Below are positions 9,001 to 17,200 of a stretch of 64,000 bases of DNA, piece after piece. Positions within the stretch are counted from its first letter, which is position 1. The number at the start of each line of letters is the position of its first letter. The DNA lies in the IMG/VR virus record IMGVR_UViG_3300032007_000010; one strand, given 5' to 3'. The position numbers and the translations under genes are program-made. Under the pieces are notes generated by a model. It searched no databases. It was not told the origin of the DNA and saw only the letters and a program-made list of their open reading frames with translations. The DNA comes from a virus (Duplodnaviria; Caudoviricetes).

Positions 9001-11186
9001 TAGTCTTCGCGCATCTTCCGATCTTTTTCTGACGAGGATATGCCTCTTCCGGAGGATGCATCGCGGATCGCATCGGCGAGTTTCTTGTCAAACACGGATT
9101 GGCTCGCAGCCGCATCCGACGCTGCACGGAAGCTATCCATGAGCAATGCGCCATCGGCACCGCCCATGTCATAGGAGTAGGTGATCACACCGCGACGCAG
9201 CATTGCGCGCACATCGGCGAGGAGGCTGTTTGTGGCACTCACGCCACCGGAGGAGAGATATCTCGCGAGATCAGGTCCCTCCATGGTGTTTAGTCGGTTA
9301 TTCTGGCGGAGGCGATATGCATCGAGTCCAGCCTCGCCGAGACCATTTCTCCATTGTTCGGCTTCGCTGATCAGATTCTTGCGCTCGATGTCGGACATGA
9401 AGGAGAATGCTCCGCGTAGACCGCTGTCGGCGAGAAACTGACTCTCGTATTGGACATTGCGTCTACGAGCCGCATGGGCACCGCTGAGACTGGCATCCAT
9501 GGCCATGCGCTCATTGCGAGGCATGGTTCTGAGAAGCTGTGTGAGAACTCTGCGGTAGGTTTCCATCTCGGCCGGAGTGGCTCTTCCCTTTGAGAAGTTG
9601 ATACTATTGATCAGTCTGTTGAATTCCTCGCTACCAGGTTCGGCAAAGCTATCTGCCTCGGCGGCACGCTGTAGATATAGATTGAGAAAGTCGCGAAAAT
9701 CCTCCGATTGTTTCGCGGTGCCAAGGTTTATGCGTTCGCCGCGCTTGATGAGTTTATTCCCAGCTTCGCCAAGGTTCGTGGAGAGATTTCTGGCACGGAT
9801 TCCGCTCTCGGCAACAACCTTATCGGCTCTGACAAGTCTGCCAGACCGGTAGTCGAATACCTGGAGAGGGCCTCCGGTGATGTGCGAGTCGATGCGAGAG
9901 AGCCACATCGGGATGACCTCTTCGATGGCTCGGACCGTCTTGTTGCTGAAGACTGCCCGATCCGTCATGTTCTGGGTCATCGTATTGATCTCGGACTTCG
10001 AAGCGTTGGATACTCCGAGAAGATTGAATAGCCAATCGATCTTATTGTCGGACCGGTAGGCATTCTTACCTCTCTTTGCGAACTGATTGAGTAATGCCGG
10101 GAAGAAGTTCTCGAGATTCTCATTTGTGCGCTTCATTTGCCGCTGAAGACTCTTGGGCGCAAGTTGCTTCCAGACCTCTCCGCCAATGATCTTGCTGAGC
10201 TCCATCCACGGATTGTCCTTGAAGCTATCGAGCATCATGTTGCCCATGCCACCGCCCATCATGCCGGTGACCATCGACATTCCAAACCCAAGCTGGCTTT
10301 CCTGGAAGTTTTTAACAATCTGCTTCCCATAGTTTCGGAGATCGAAGCCAGAACCGCGACCACCGCGGAACACTTCTAGTTCACGACCCTGCCGACGAGT
10401 GTTCACCGGCGGATTGACTCCATGATCGATGTGTTCCAGAAGACCAATGATCTTGTCCATCTTCTCCATGGTCTTGAGATGCGCTTCGCGGGCCACATCC
10501 ATCTGCGCCTGGGTGCTCTTGGATATGAGCTCGAAGGTCGCAGCCTGGGTCGTGATCATGTTGTCCATCTGGTTCATGAGCTGGGCGTGCTGCTTCAGCG
10601 ACATCTGCAGTGTCATCTGAGCATTGGCATTCTGGTTGGTGAGCAATGCCTCGGTGGAGTTGCCAAGTGCATCCACCATCACCTCGGCACGATAGCTCTC
10701 CGCATCCTCCTGGGCCTGCGCAAGACGCATGCTAAAGTCACGCTCATCGGATTCTGGTTTTTCGTCATCACCGATCCAGTTACCCTTATCATCGTACTTG
10801 CTCATGTCCATGCCACCGAAGCTCTCCAGAGCCATCATCTGGGACATGGAACTGCGCGCACGCTTGGGGTCATAGAGGTTGCCGGATCTCAGGTCATCAC
10901 CCATGTTCTTGGCGATTGCTCGAAGATTCTTGAAGGTATCCGAGTCGGTGACCCTGGAGATGGCACGTGCACTCTGCTCCGTCGGATTTCTCAGAAGTCT
11001 GACCGCATCGTTGAGAAGCTCACGATTCGTCTCGTAGAGAGATTTGGAAGCGGGCATCTCGGTTTCCAAGATGCTCTTGCCGGTTTCCAAAAACATGCGC
11101 CCCGCAGATTTTGCGAGGTTGGAACGACGCACGGCCTTTTCCACCTTGGATCGTGTTTCACGAGTGTTCTGATCCTGTCTAGGCAT
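3057..11186 (-). CDS. Tape-measure-like virion protein with C-terminal C39-like peptidase, NlpC/P60 amidase and phage tail lysozyme domains
   Basis: ~2,709 aa from MPRQDQ (SD AAGGTGG); helical and Gly/Ala-rich membrane-like segments; YSQ..W..GCGPTAAAM..HYIV..ADP (C39, ~5085-5455); CASTVGWAY..LQPGDIV..HTEMYVG (NlpC/P60, ~4335-4760); AGLMGNIYAESG..GYGLAQWT..NFEQP (tail lysozyme, ~3570-4070). Confidence 0.85.
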   Translation of the reverse strand: MPRQDQNTRETRSKVEKAVRRSNLAKSAGRMFLETGKSILETEMPASKSLYETNRELLNDAVRLLRNPTEQSARAISRVTDSDTFKNLRAIAKNMGDDLRSGNLYDPKRARSSMSQMMALESFGGMDMSKYDDKGNWIGDDEKPESDERDFSMRLAQAQEDAESYRAEVMVDALGNSTEALLTNQNANAQMTLQMSLKQHAQLMNQMDNMITTQAATFELISKSTQAQMDVAREAHLKTMEKMDKIIGLLEHIDHGVNPPVNTRRQGRELEVFRGGRGSGFDLRNYGKQIVKNFQESQLGFGMSMVTGMMGGGMGNMMLDSFKDNPWMELSKIIGGEVWKQLAPKSLQRQMKRTNENLENFFPALLNQFAKRGKNAYRSDNKIDWLFNLLGVSNASKSEINTMTQNMTDRAVFSNKTVRAIEEVIPMWLSRIDSHITGGPLQVFDYRSGRLVRADKVVAESGIRARNLSTNLGEAGNKLIKRGERINLGTAKQSEDFRDFLNLYLQRAAEADSFAEPGSEEFNRLINSINFSKGRATPAEMETYRRVLTQLLRTMPRNERMAMDASLSGAHAARRRNVQYESQFLADSGLRGAFSFMSDIERKNLISEAEQWRNGLGEAGLDAYRLRQNNRLNTMEGPDLARYLSSGGVSATNSLLADVRAMLRRGVITYSYDMGGADGALLMDSFRAASDAAASQSVFDKKLADAIRDASSGRGISSSEKDRKMREDYKKRTGRDYDADEQLRRRIQREASQKLHRDYIVDSMSPIEINGDMTNQQIFDEIFNMTKNLDPDNPLGRDAATRGQRVKYDGKDGIIAVLKRLAREPFKLFENGLRIADQTMFKILYGERTAGHLNLDDEDVNLTDYLTKTVQAHFVMARDWFSKNIGDPMKRFFFDKDTGLFTRVGQELKDLLHWDDRKRKAAETVFGTKDENGQYQGGWVSGAMNVVGDIGKESKGLTYARAKNGLDKFLYGAYVDGKGKREENSPTHGTTTTYSGFVGNLRRRFDEFGDMMFGSDDSKEKLEKVKNELRGSAPNMVIGASTGLLTSLFIPGGPIFHSIVGATRGLIDGSENLTKMLFGDEVTETETRVDPVTGLSFTHDRKTRKGGKLGDKAWDVYSKYLPGMKKGLVAGAIAGGIGLLPFGIGPGLGAFIGSIGGLGASSSEFRRILFGDEDDVTGDSGIISKNMRDKIAAHLKKYAPPATLGFLAGKGVWSAVSSMGLLPGLTVAGPVMGILGGLVGLGSADRFQKMLFGEDVEREISEVDPKTGKRIVTKKKVKEGGLFGKAYDSIEKKMIDPLADKIKGLTERFSDWFKEDILDRLSRSAKGLQDKLKKASSKIFGGLVNIGDKIAGKVVGKIFGDEEGRDGISGFLKRRAKGLFNFGAKMVGGALSSPFKLLEFIATGKVEKRERKTRDKKTRVNPTLQDLTDADTELVALNQGNGYLAEILGTAKGILQSINRPTKPSDLQDLMQQRNGIEGLGDANAAGTDEVVDFRNYVRTYAKVDHDAEGAGDQGQAYDKAIANAKSMTEVIAIRDAASMNSNNRMLQVVGDPEKKTSILDMLGNLLNTFSGDGIFNTIKNAVLTIAGLRTATALAGGTATAGAAGAGAAAGSGLLSLPGNTGSLAAPESGLGVFSALAGTAVAANRGDGYRVAANIPKIGTRLISYLSGAAGGLTTWLRSGGTASGTALRGGPALLNQAQKLITKFFSNKVVASALAKVTGKATAQEATSLVLGHVDDVIKTLSAAEIQNTARLIGKYFTIAMAVIDFIKGSYYAQNYFEVLPNDVTAGMTFAAGAGEAISGLLCGIISGKSIAGWLWDWLGPIEEREQLAAKQETARQSYGEFLQSGGDSSKPWVNYSDYTMDDYLSYEKNQQVVNSSGFQRLIAHKTGTDRRQHGRGRWGRGSNMMKVYSQDDMRWSNLAGDGCGPTAAAMVASAYGDTATPADMDALSRRMGMRANDGGTNPEFFGNLGRGRWGRGYYMNEGPVSEHAIRSNLNRNEPVVLMGKGGAFGPDEHYIVGRRIAGNSMQYADPYTGSFGVGNIRSIAKNTHNAIYSHSTGRGRWGRGPTTDPLLQYNVGKQTEAAANRAAAMNDPLYAHNVGVQRSLGVTNSSDARVRLDGVVVNDSNAEAAKIIEAQNALVNAMYSIKGRIQYSCKSSIQDPDRGIASCASTVGWAYRKVLNEMNMSASSAEQSKDGRFQDIYRFGQPGTAPGRTFDLSKLQPGDIVYMYNPKYKSNHTEMYVGNGIDMSHGGGTNGSQPGPNEVRLDESRQRCVFAVRRYKKFINGETFSYTDPGSFTGTTTVASSSPFGDDYSSLGFLGKLTRILQTANDALWGGTPDNDMSANAGSTGSTETVSGTKGSNISGTTNREKVWNYLRNKGLSAVATAGLMGNIYAESGIRPEAVQGDYRQKNRTAYDEEYRSKVDSGAISEHDFVHNGPGGGGYGLAQWTYHTRKQELYDLKKSTGSSIADVGLQLDHLWNELNKPSYKDSVLGAIKGAGTVKQASDIVLHNFEQPKNQSAAVENTRASYGQQIYDALKTLGSDAEATANAREVSEAAGYNGSAGDFKRLEYGGGRRWGRGHDTTNLNSLNMRVREINDQFEQARTEAKDQSTAEEITKAITGAVSQATTGGNSEAMLSLLTTSLGQMIQLLSDIKDNTTVDTRTSAIGGRSSAVPTSRADDFSSTFNMDVSGQAGSKIIDRLTTR

Positions 11187-11218
11187 AAAATTCACCACCT
11201 TTCCGGTGTCATGTATAC

Positions 11219-11232
11219 TGTATAAGGATGTT
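11219..11232 (-). promoter_or_regulatory. Late promoter AACA-N6-TA
   Basis: AACATCCTTATACA upstream of the tape-measure-like gene. Confidence 0.65.
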
Positions 11233-11287
11233 CGTTTTGGGCACCGCAAAGGTTTATCGTATTTCCGATTTTTCCCATTGTGGAGCT

Positions 11288-11312
11288 ATATATCATAGCA
11301 ATGAAGGAAGCA
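11288..11312 (+). promoter_or_regulatory. Early-type promoter/leader motif ATATATCATAGC..TGAAGGAAGCA
   Basis: Near-identical 25-nt copy at 19203..19227 (-); core also at 63504 and 25448. Confidence 0.6.
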
Positions 11313-11381
11313 AAGAAAGTCTTCCCAATCAACCGGTTCGATGGTGTTTGGGCTCACCTGAGAACACACAAAATTAGATAA

Positions 11382-12233
11382 ATGGAGGAATTCAAAATGT
11401 TTAGCAAGATCATGAGCGCGAAGGACAATATCACCAGGGGTATGTGGACCCTCAAGAACCGTGCCGAGTTCGAGGCCAACGTGCGCGCCGCGAAACGTGC
11501 CATCAAGAAGCAGGAGCGGGAAGCCGAGCGCGCCCGTGCTGCCTGTGACGTGAGCGGGCTCGACGAGATCGACGTCGACAAGCTCATCGACGACATTTGC
11601 ACGGCCAACGTCACCGGCGTCGAGCTTCTCGGTCTGCAGCTCGAGGAGGAGAAGCTTCATAAGCTCTACAAGAAGTTCCACAAGCTGGCCGGAGAAAAGG
11701 GCCTCGATCTCGCCGAGGATGACTTTGTCAAGCTCTACATCATGAAGCAGAAGGAGCTTGATGATCCTGTCGAGAAGGAGACCGCCGCCGACGTCGCCGA
11801 TGATGAACCTGTCATCAAACCCAAGGTGACGCCCAACGTCGATGAGTCCAAGAAGGATGACGGTGAGGCTGAGGAGCTCAAGCCTCGGAAGAGCTTCAAG
11901 GGCTTCGTTGATCTGAAGAAGATCCTCAAGGATGACGGCAAGAAGAATGACGATTCCGCCGCCGAGGAAGAGGAAAAGAAGGTCGACGATGCTCCCAAGA
12001 CCGAGGAAAAGAGCGAGAAGCAGCCCAGATCGAAGAAGGCTGCGAAGAACAAGGACAAGGTCGATTCCAAGAGCGAGCCCACGCCCGTCGAAGCCCAGGA
12101 CGAGCCCAAGAAGGATGAGGAGAAGACCACCAAGCGCAACACTCGTCCCAACGGGAAGAAGGCTCGAAAGGCTGCCCAGGCCGCGGCCAAAGCCGCCGCC
12201 GAGGAAGCCAAGCAGAAGGAGGGGGAGGTGTAA
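11382..12233 (+). CDS. Hypothetical highly charged (K/E/D-rich) protein, probably early
   Basis: 283 aa, strongly biased codon usage, low-complexity C-terminus; start may be 11397. Confidence 0.75.
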   Translation: MEEFKMFSKIMSAKDNITRGMWTLKNRAEFEANVRAAKRAIKKQEREAERARAACDVSGLDEIDVDKLIDDICTANVTGVELLGLQLEEEKLHKLYKKFHKLAGEKGLDLAEDDFVKLYIMKQKELDDPVEKETAADVADDEPVIKPKVTPNVDESKKDDGEAEELKPRKSFKGFVDLKKILKDDGKKNDDSAAEEEEKKVDDAPKTEEKSEKQPRSKKAAKNKDKVDSKSEPTPVEAQDEPKKDEEKTTKRNTRPNGKKARKAAQAAAKAAAEEAKQKEGEV

Positions 12234-12283
12234 TGCCTCCCTCTCTTTGCTGGACTAAAATTTTTGAATCGAGGTAATGTAAC

Positions 12284-12808
12284 ATGAGAACCTACGAATA
12301 TGGCGCGCTGACTCCTATACAGTTCCTCCGGGTCCTCGAGACCAATCCGGATGATGTCTGTATCAACGTGGAGCTTAAGCTTCCGATCTCGCGCAAGATC
12401 ACCACGATCAAGGGAACCGCACCCGCGGTACTCTACCTCTTCGAGAATATTCTCATCAACGACAAGGACATCGCCCAGATGATCCTCGACGGTGTCAGGA
12501 TCGGCCACGATGGTCTCACTCTAACCGTGAGCGCCTTCGATGTGGAGAACGTTATCAGGTTCGCGAGATACGCCTCGGTCGGAGCAGTTCTCGATGTGCT
12601 CTGCATGGACGAGGAAGATCTGATCATCACCGACGCGGACCCGAAGTTCAGAGAGCAATACACCGTCTGCATCGCCAACCACTGCAAGAGCCAGCAGCAG
12701 GTGTTGAAGATTCACTACAGCTCCGACGTGGTACACGACGGCACCGTGGACAATCACCTCATGCAGGAGCTCCACAGCACCAACGGTCTCATCCTCTACA
12801 TTGCGTAA
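12284..12808 (+). CDS. Hypothetical protein
   Basis: 174 aa, GAGG SD, phage-typical codon usage. Confidence 0.7.
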   Translation: MRTYEYGALTPIQFLRVLETNPDDVCINVELKLPISRKITTIKGTAPAVLYLFENILINDKDIAQMILDGVRIGHDGLTLTVSAFDVENVIRFARYASVGAVLDVLCMDEEDLIITDADPKFREQYTVCIANHCKSQQQVLKIHYSSDVVHDGTVDNHLMQELHSTNGLILYIA

Positions 12809-12819
12809 AAAGAAAAAGA

Positions 12820-12857
12820 GATCGGAGGAGGCATCAAGCCCCCTCCGATTCTTTTTG
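12820..12857. terminator. Bidirectional terminator between convergent genes
   Basis: gatcggaggaggcatcaagcccctccgattcttttt, flanked by A and T tracts. Confidence 0.65.
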
Positions 12858-13319
12858 TAGTCTCTTGCGGCGGTCCACCACCGACTTCTTGTAGGATACC
12901 TCTCCCTCGTGGGAGCCGGTGCGTCGAATCTTTTTGATGGTGAGACGGAGCATGCGATCCTGGAAGAGTCGCATATTCTTGCCACACTCCATGTACTGGT
13001 AGATGGCCTCATCCACCGCATCGGTGAACCATTCGGTGTCACGCGGTGTCATCTCAAAGCTCTCGATGAGCTCCCGACGTTCGCTACGATCGGTCACACC
13101 GGCATGTTTGAGAAACTTATCGAGAAATCGAACGAACCTGTCATGGATCGAATGGTCTACCTCCACGAGTTCACCGTGGCGCAGAAGTATCTTTTTGGCC
13201 TTGAAATCGGGGTCAGAGAGGATGGCATACACCAAGGCCTGATACTTTGTGCGCGAGAATGCTGTGCCGGGATCTTGCTCAAGTTCACTGAGCATTTCTA
13301 CCACATCGATCCTATCCAT
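12834..13319 (-). CDS. Hypothetical conserved jumbo-phage protein (possibly DNA-binding)
   Basis: ~161 aa, operonic overlap with the upstream gene, basic C-terminus. Confidence 0.6.
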   Translation of the reverse strand: MDRIDVVEMLSELEQDPGTAFSRTKYQALVYAILSDPDFKAKKILLRHGELVEVDHSIHDRFVRFLDKFLKHAGVTDRSERRELIESFEMTPRDTEWFTDAVDEAIYQYMECGKNMRLFQDRMLRLTIKKIRRTGSHEGEVSYKKSVVDRRKRLQKESEGA

Positions 13320-13668
13320 CAAGTTTCATCCCCTCGGCAAATAGTCTGGAATCTAGCTCGATGCACTCGATCTTACCGATGTGTCGAATATGACCATCTA
13401 TGTAATCATAGTCGATGGGACCGGTCATGATTCCTATGGTATGGGCGGGTCGACGGTAGATCAGTTCGAACATCTCCATATGGTACGGTTCCCCGGGGAT
13501 GATATCCTCCATTGCCCACTCGCCCTTGAGGTATCGAACCAACACAATGTTTTCCATGGGAATGGGTTCGAGTCTGTTTCCAAGCCGTTGTTGCTCTACG
13601 TAGATTTTATCGCGAAGAGCTTCGTTGCTGGGATATTGATGCGTCATGACAAATGCTCCTTTCTTCAT
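13312..13668 (-). CDS. Hypothetical protein
   Basis: Probable start MTHQ at 13647 region with AAGGAG SD; overlaps its neighbours. Confidence 0.6.
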   Translation of the reverse strand: MKKGAFVMTHQYPSNEALRDKIYVEQQRLGNRLEPIPMENIVLVRYLKGEWAMEDIIPGEPYHMEMFELIYRRPAHTIGIMTGPIDYDYIDGHIRHIGKIECIELDSRLFAEGMKLDG

Positions 13669-13970
13669 CGAGGAATCAGGACCATGAAACCATCGGCATC
13701 GCGATAGTCTCCGCCCTTCTGCTTCTTGATCTCACCGGATTCGATCTGGGCCTGAACCCGATCACGCCATTTCTTGAGCAGTGGCGTATCAATTCCACCA
13801 TTGATGATGATGGTGAGAATATCCTCGTCCCTCGCATCCTTTCCATAGATCGGAAGTGCAAGCAATGCGGTGATGAGCTCGCGATTGATATCCTTCAGCA
13901 CGAGCTCCGATGTCTTCATTCGATCTTCCTGCTTCTTGGCAATGAGCGCCTTCAGATCAACTGTTCCCAT
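13665..13970 (-). CDS. Hypothetical protein with C-terminal RDADGFMVL motif
   Basis: 101 aa, GGAGG SD. Confidence 0.7.
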   Translation of the reverse strand: MGTVDLKALIAKKQEDRMKTSELVLKDINRELITALLALPIYGKDARDEDILTIIINGGIDTPLLKKWRDRVQAQIESGEIKKQKGGDYRDADGFMVLIPR

Positions 13971-14141
13971 CTACGGTTCCTCCCATAATATGTAATATTT
14001 TTCGTGTATTTGGCCGTCTGGATCAGACAAGCATATGTTCATGCCTGTCATGTCATTGATATAGTATAGAGATGTAAACAGATCATTGAAAAATAAATTC
14101 ATTGGGAAGAATTACCCAGAAGTCAGGATTGAATAACCCCG

Positions 14142-14155
14142 AACATCCCTATAAT
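14142..14155 (+). promoter_or_regulatory. Late promoter AACA-N6-TA
   Basis: AACATCCCTATAAT upstream of the RNAP beta-like gene. Confidence 0.65.
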
Positions 14156-14205
14156 GACATGCGGATGCGAACTTTATTTTCAAAGAAAGGCGGTGGTCTC
14201 GCCCC

Positions 14206-17200
14206 ATGATCAAACTGCAAATGGTGCCCCCATTCAGGGTAAACAGGGTGGTTCCTCCCGTGATCATGCCGGAGAATCCCGGAGATCGTAAAAAGTACCA
14301 AGCTTTCATGGTTCTTGCTCCAAGCCCGGAGCAGGAATTGAATTTTCTTTCGAACAGTTCCTTGCTGCGCTTCAGAAATCTCACGAGATATTTTGTCCCG
14401 AAGCGCTGGAGTCACACCTTCAAGGGACGCGGCGTGGTTGTGTCTAAACCGAATGCAAACGGTGAATACACGGCCCTTTTGAACCAGTATCGAAGAGGAA
14501 ATCTCAGGGGCATCGATGATGTCTCTTCGTTTTTGCCGAGCGCGACAAGTCGAACTCTCATGAAGGGTTACAACCTGCTCCTGGAATGCAATCATGTGAC
14601 CCGTGATATCATGAATAACCCCAAGGATCATCGCCCCATGTATCTGAGGGCCCAGGAAATCTTCGATGAGTGGGTGAAGATCCATGACAGTGCGTCGGTG
14701 AATGGTGGTGATGCGAACTATCTCGGCGCATACAACGTCGACGTGGTCATCCCAATGAATCTCTGGTTCGGGAAGGCTGACTATGCCAATCCGGCGAAGA
14801 TATTCAAGAGGACACCATCGAATACCAACATCATGAGCTATATCATCCAGCTCCTCATAGACCCGATCAACGCCAAACATTTTGGGCGTATCCACTTCAT
14901 CAGCGATGATCTGGTCATGACCTTTGATACGGCGAACTATCCAAACGCCTGGACGAAGAAGGGTAGGATTGAGGAGGAAGCTCACAGTCTCTTTGTGAAA
15001 TTTCTCACAAAGTGCAATGGCAGCATCGATGTCGATGATGAATTGCTTTCCCAGAGTTCGGAGGATGAGGAGCCGAAGACCTTCGATCAGCGCGTGCGCA
15101 TGATCGCCGCCGATCGTCGTGCGAAACAGCTCATGGGAAAGGATCCGGAAGGATCGATGGACGTGACAGATGATGAACCCACTGCGCCGACCATCCCAGT
15201 CCAGAAGAAAACAACTCCAACCTCGGTGTATCAGACACGGGTTAGGCAGCAGGAGCTCCAGCGAGCGCGCGAAGATATCATCGGCCAGCGAAGGGATGAA
15301 TCCCGGGGTCGATACCTCGATGCAAAGACCGATGTGGTCGTCGATACCTTGCTCAAGAAGGTTGGTGCGGATCTCGATGACCAGGAGACGCGCGACGCCG
15401 TCAAGAACGTTGTGCTGAAGAACATCGATGTTGGCAAGGTTCCCATCCAGCGTGATCCGGTGAGTGGGGATCCGGTGGCCATCCTTTCGCATCCTGTCTT
15501 TGATGTGGATCTGCACTCCGCCGAAGACGTGGATGCGCTGCTCGCCGCAAAAACGGCCGGGAATTCTGTGCAATCCAACAAGCGCGACGAGATGCTTCGG
15601 GAGAAGTACAAGGAACTCAACATAGGTGACGTTCCTCTCAAGGATGTGCTCGAACATCAGGCTCAGCTCAAGATCCCGGAGAGCACCATTCCGGCCAGGA
15701 CGGTCAACGAAGACATGAAGACCAACTCATTCAACAACTTCGAGAAGGCCTACATGCAGAATCTCTTTTCGTATGACCTGTCGCGCATCCTCATGCACTT
15801 CAGCCATGTGAACCCGGCAATGTATCTGTACAAAGACATCCAGGTAGAGGATGTTTCCACACCGACGGATCGAATGATCCGTTACACGGTGAACTACGAG
15901 GATACGACCCGCAAACGTCATCGGTTCAGCTTCCTGCTCCCGAAGATGTATAACTACAAGTATCTCTATCTCAATGACCAGAAGATGAATATCAGTCACC
16001 AGAAGCTTCCGTTCCCCGTGACCAAGGTCTCTCCGGATAAGTGTCAGCTTGTTTCCAACTACAACAAGATCTTCACCGAACGCTATGGTGGGAACCTTTC
16101 TCCGCTGATCACCAAGCTCAAGAAGATCTTCGGCGGACCCGAAGCGCCGAATGGTTCCATCGTCACCAAGGGTAACTCCAATCCGCTCAACAAAAACCGA
16201 ATGACAACCATCGAGTATGATGATATCGGATCGATCATCACCCAGATTCGCATGGGCGATCGCCGCAACGATACCACCATATACTTCATCGTGGATGAGG
16301 CGGCGACGGTGATCGATCAGAGCTGGATTGCGAAGGCTCCCGTGCGTGCCGAGATGCGTGAGCACGGCGATACCGCCGATGATTGTTTCCCACTGGCGGT
16401 GCGACATTACCCGAACAAGCAGGTGACCTACTATTTCCTTTCTGGAAGGTCCAATCATGTCTATGCGTGCGGTCCCAATCAGAATGGCGATCCGGCCGGT
16501 GGCGAAGATTGTGGTGAGCTCGCGGAATTTCTGGCGGAGCTGAGCGCCGAAGTTGGCATCATCTCCAGGGAAATGCTGAAGGAGACCACCTCCGGTTCTC
16601 GTTTTGTCTACTCGCGTTCCAAGGCGATGAATCAGTGGATCCCGACGGTTCTGCTCTGTGCGGCGGCCGATCCGGGTGGGCTCACGGCGGTGCTCGAAAA
16701 GGCGCAGATTGAGTTCGAATTCGTGGAGAAGAAACCGACGCTCGGCGACGAGAAGGCCTGCATCGCCTTCGCGGATGGTTATCTGGTATATAACCGGTAT
16801 CCCTACGAGAATTCGTTGCTCCTCAACGGTCTCAACACGTTCCCCACGAAGAACTACTCGTTCTACGATATGGACACCTTCGATGCCTACGTGCAGATCT
16901 TTGACACTATGTTTGGTGCCAGATATCTCAACGAAGGTCTCCGTAATTTCTACTATCTTTTCGTGGATCCCATCACCGAGGATATCCTGGCGCGTCTCAA
17001 GATGCCAACGGATTTTACCAGACTCATGCTCTATTGCAATGATGTCCTCGCGGACAACCATTACCAGATCGACAGCGATTATCACAACAGTCGCATACGC
17101 TCCAACGAGATCATCCTCGCGCATCTCTACTACGAGCTTGCGAGTGCCTGGGGCAAATATCGCACCGGTCGCGCCGAATCTTTCTCGATCCCCGAAAACT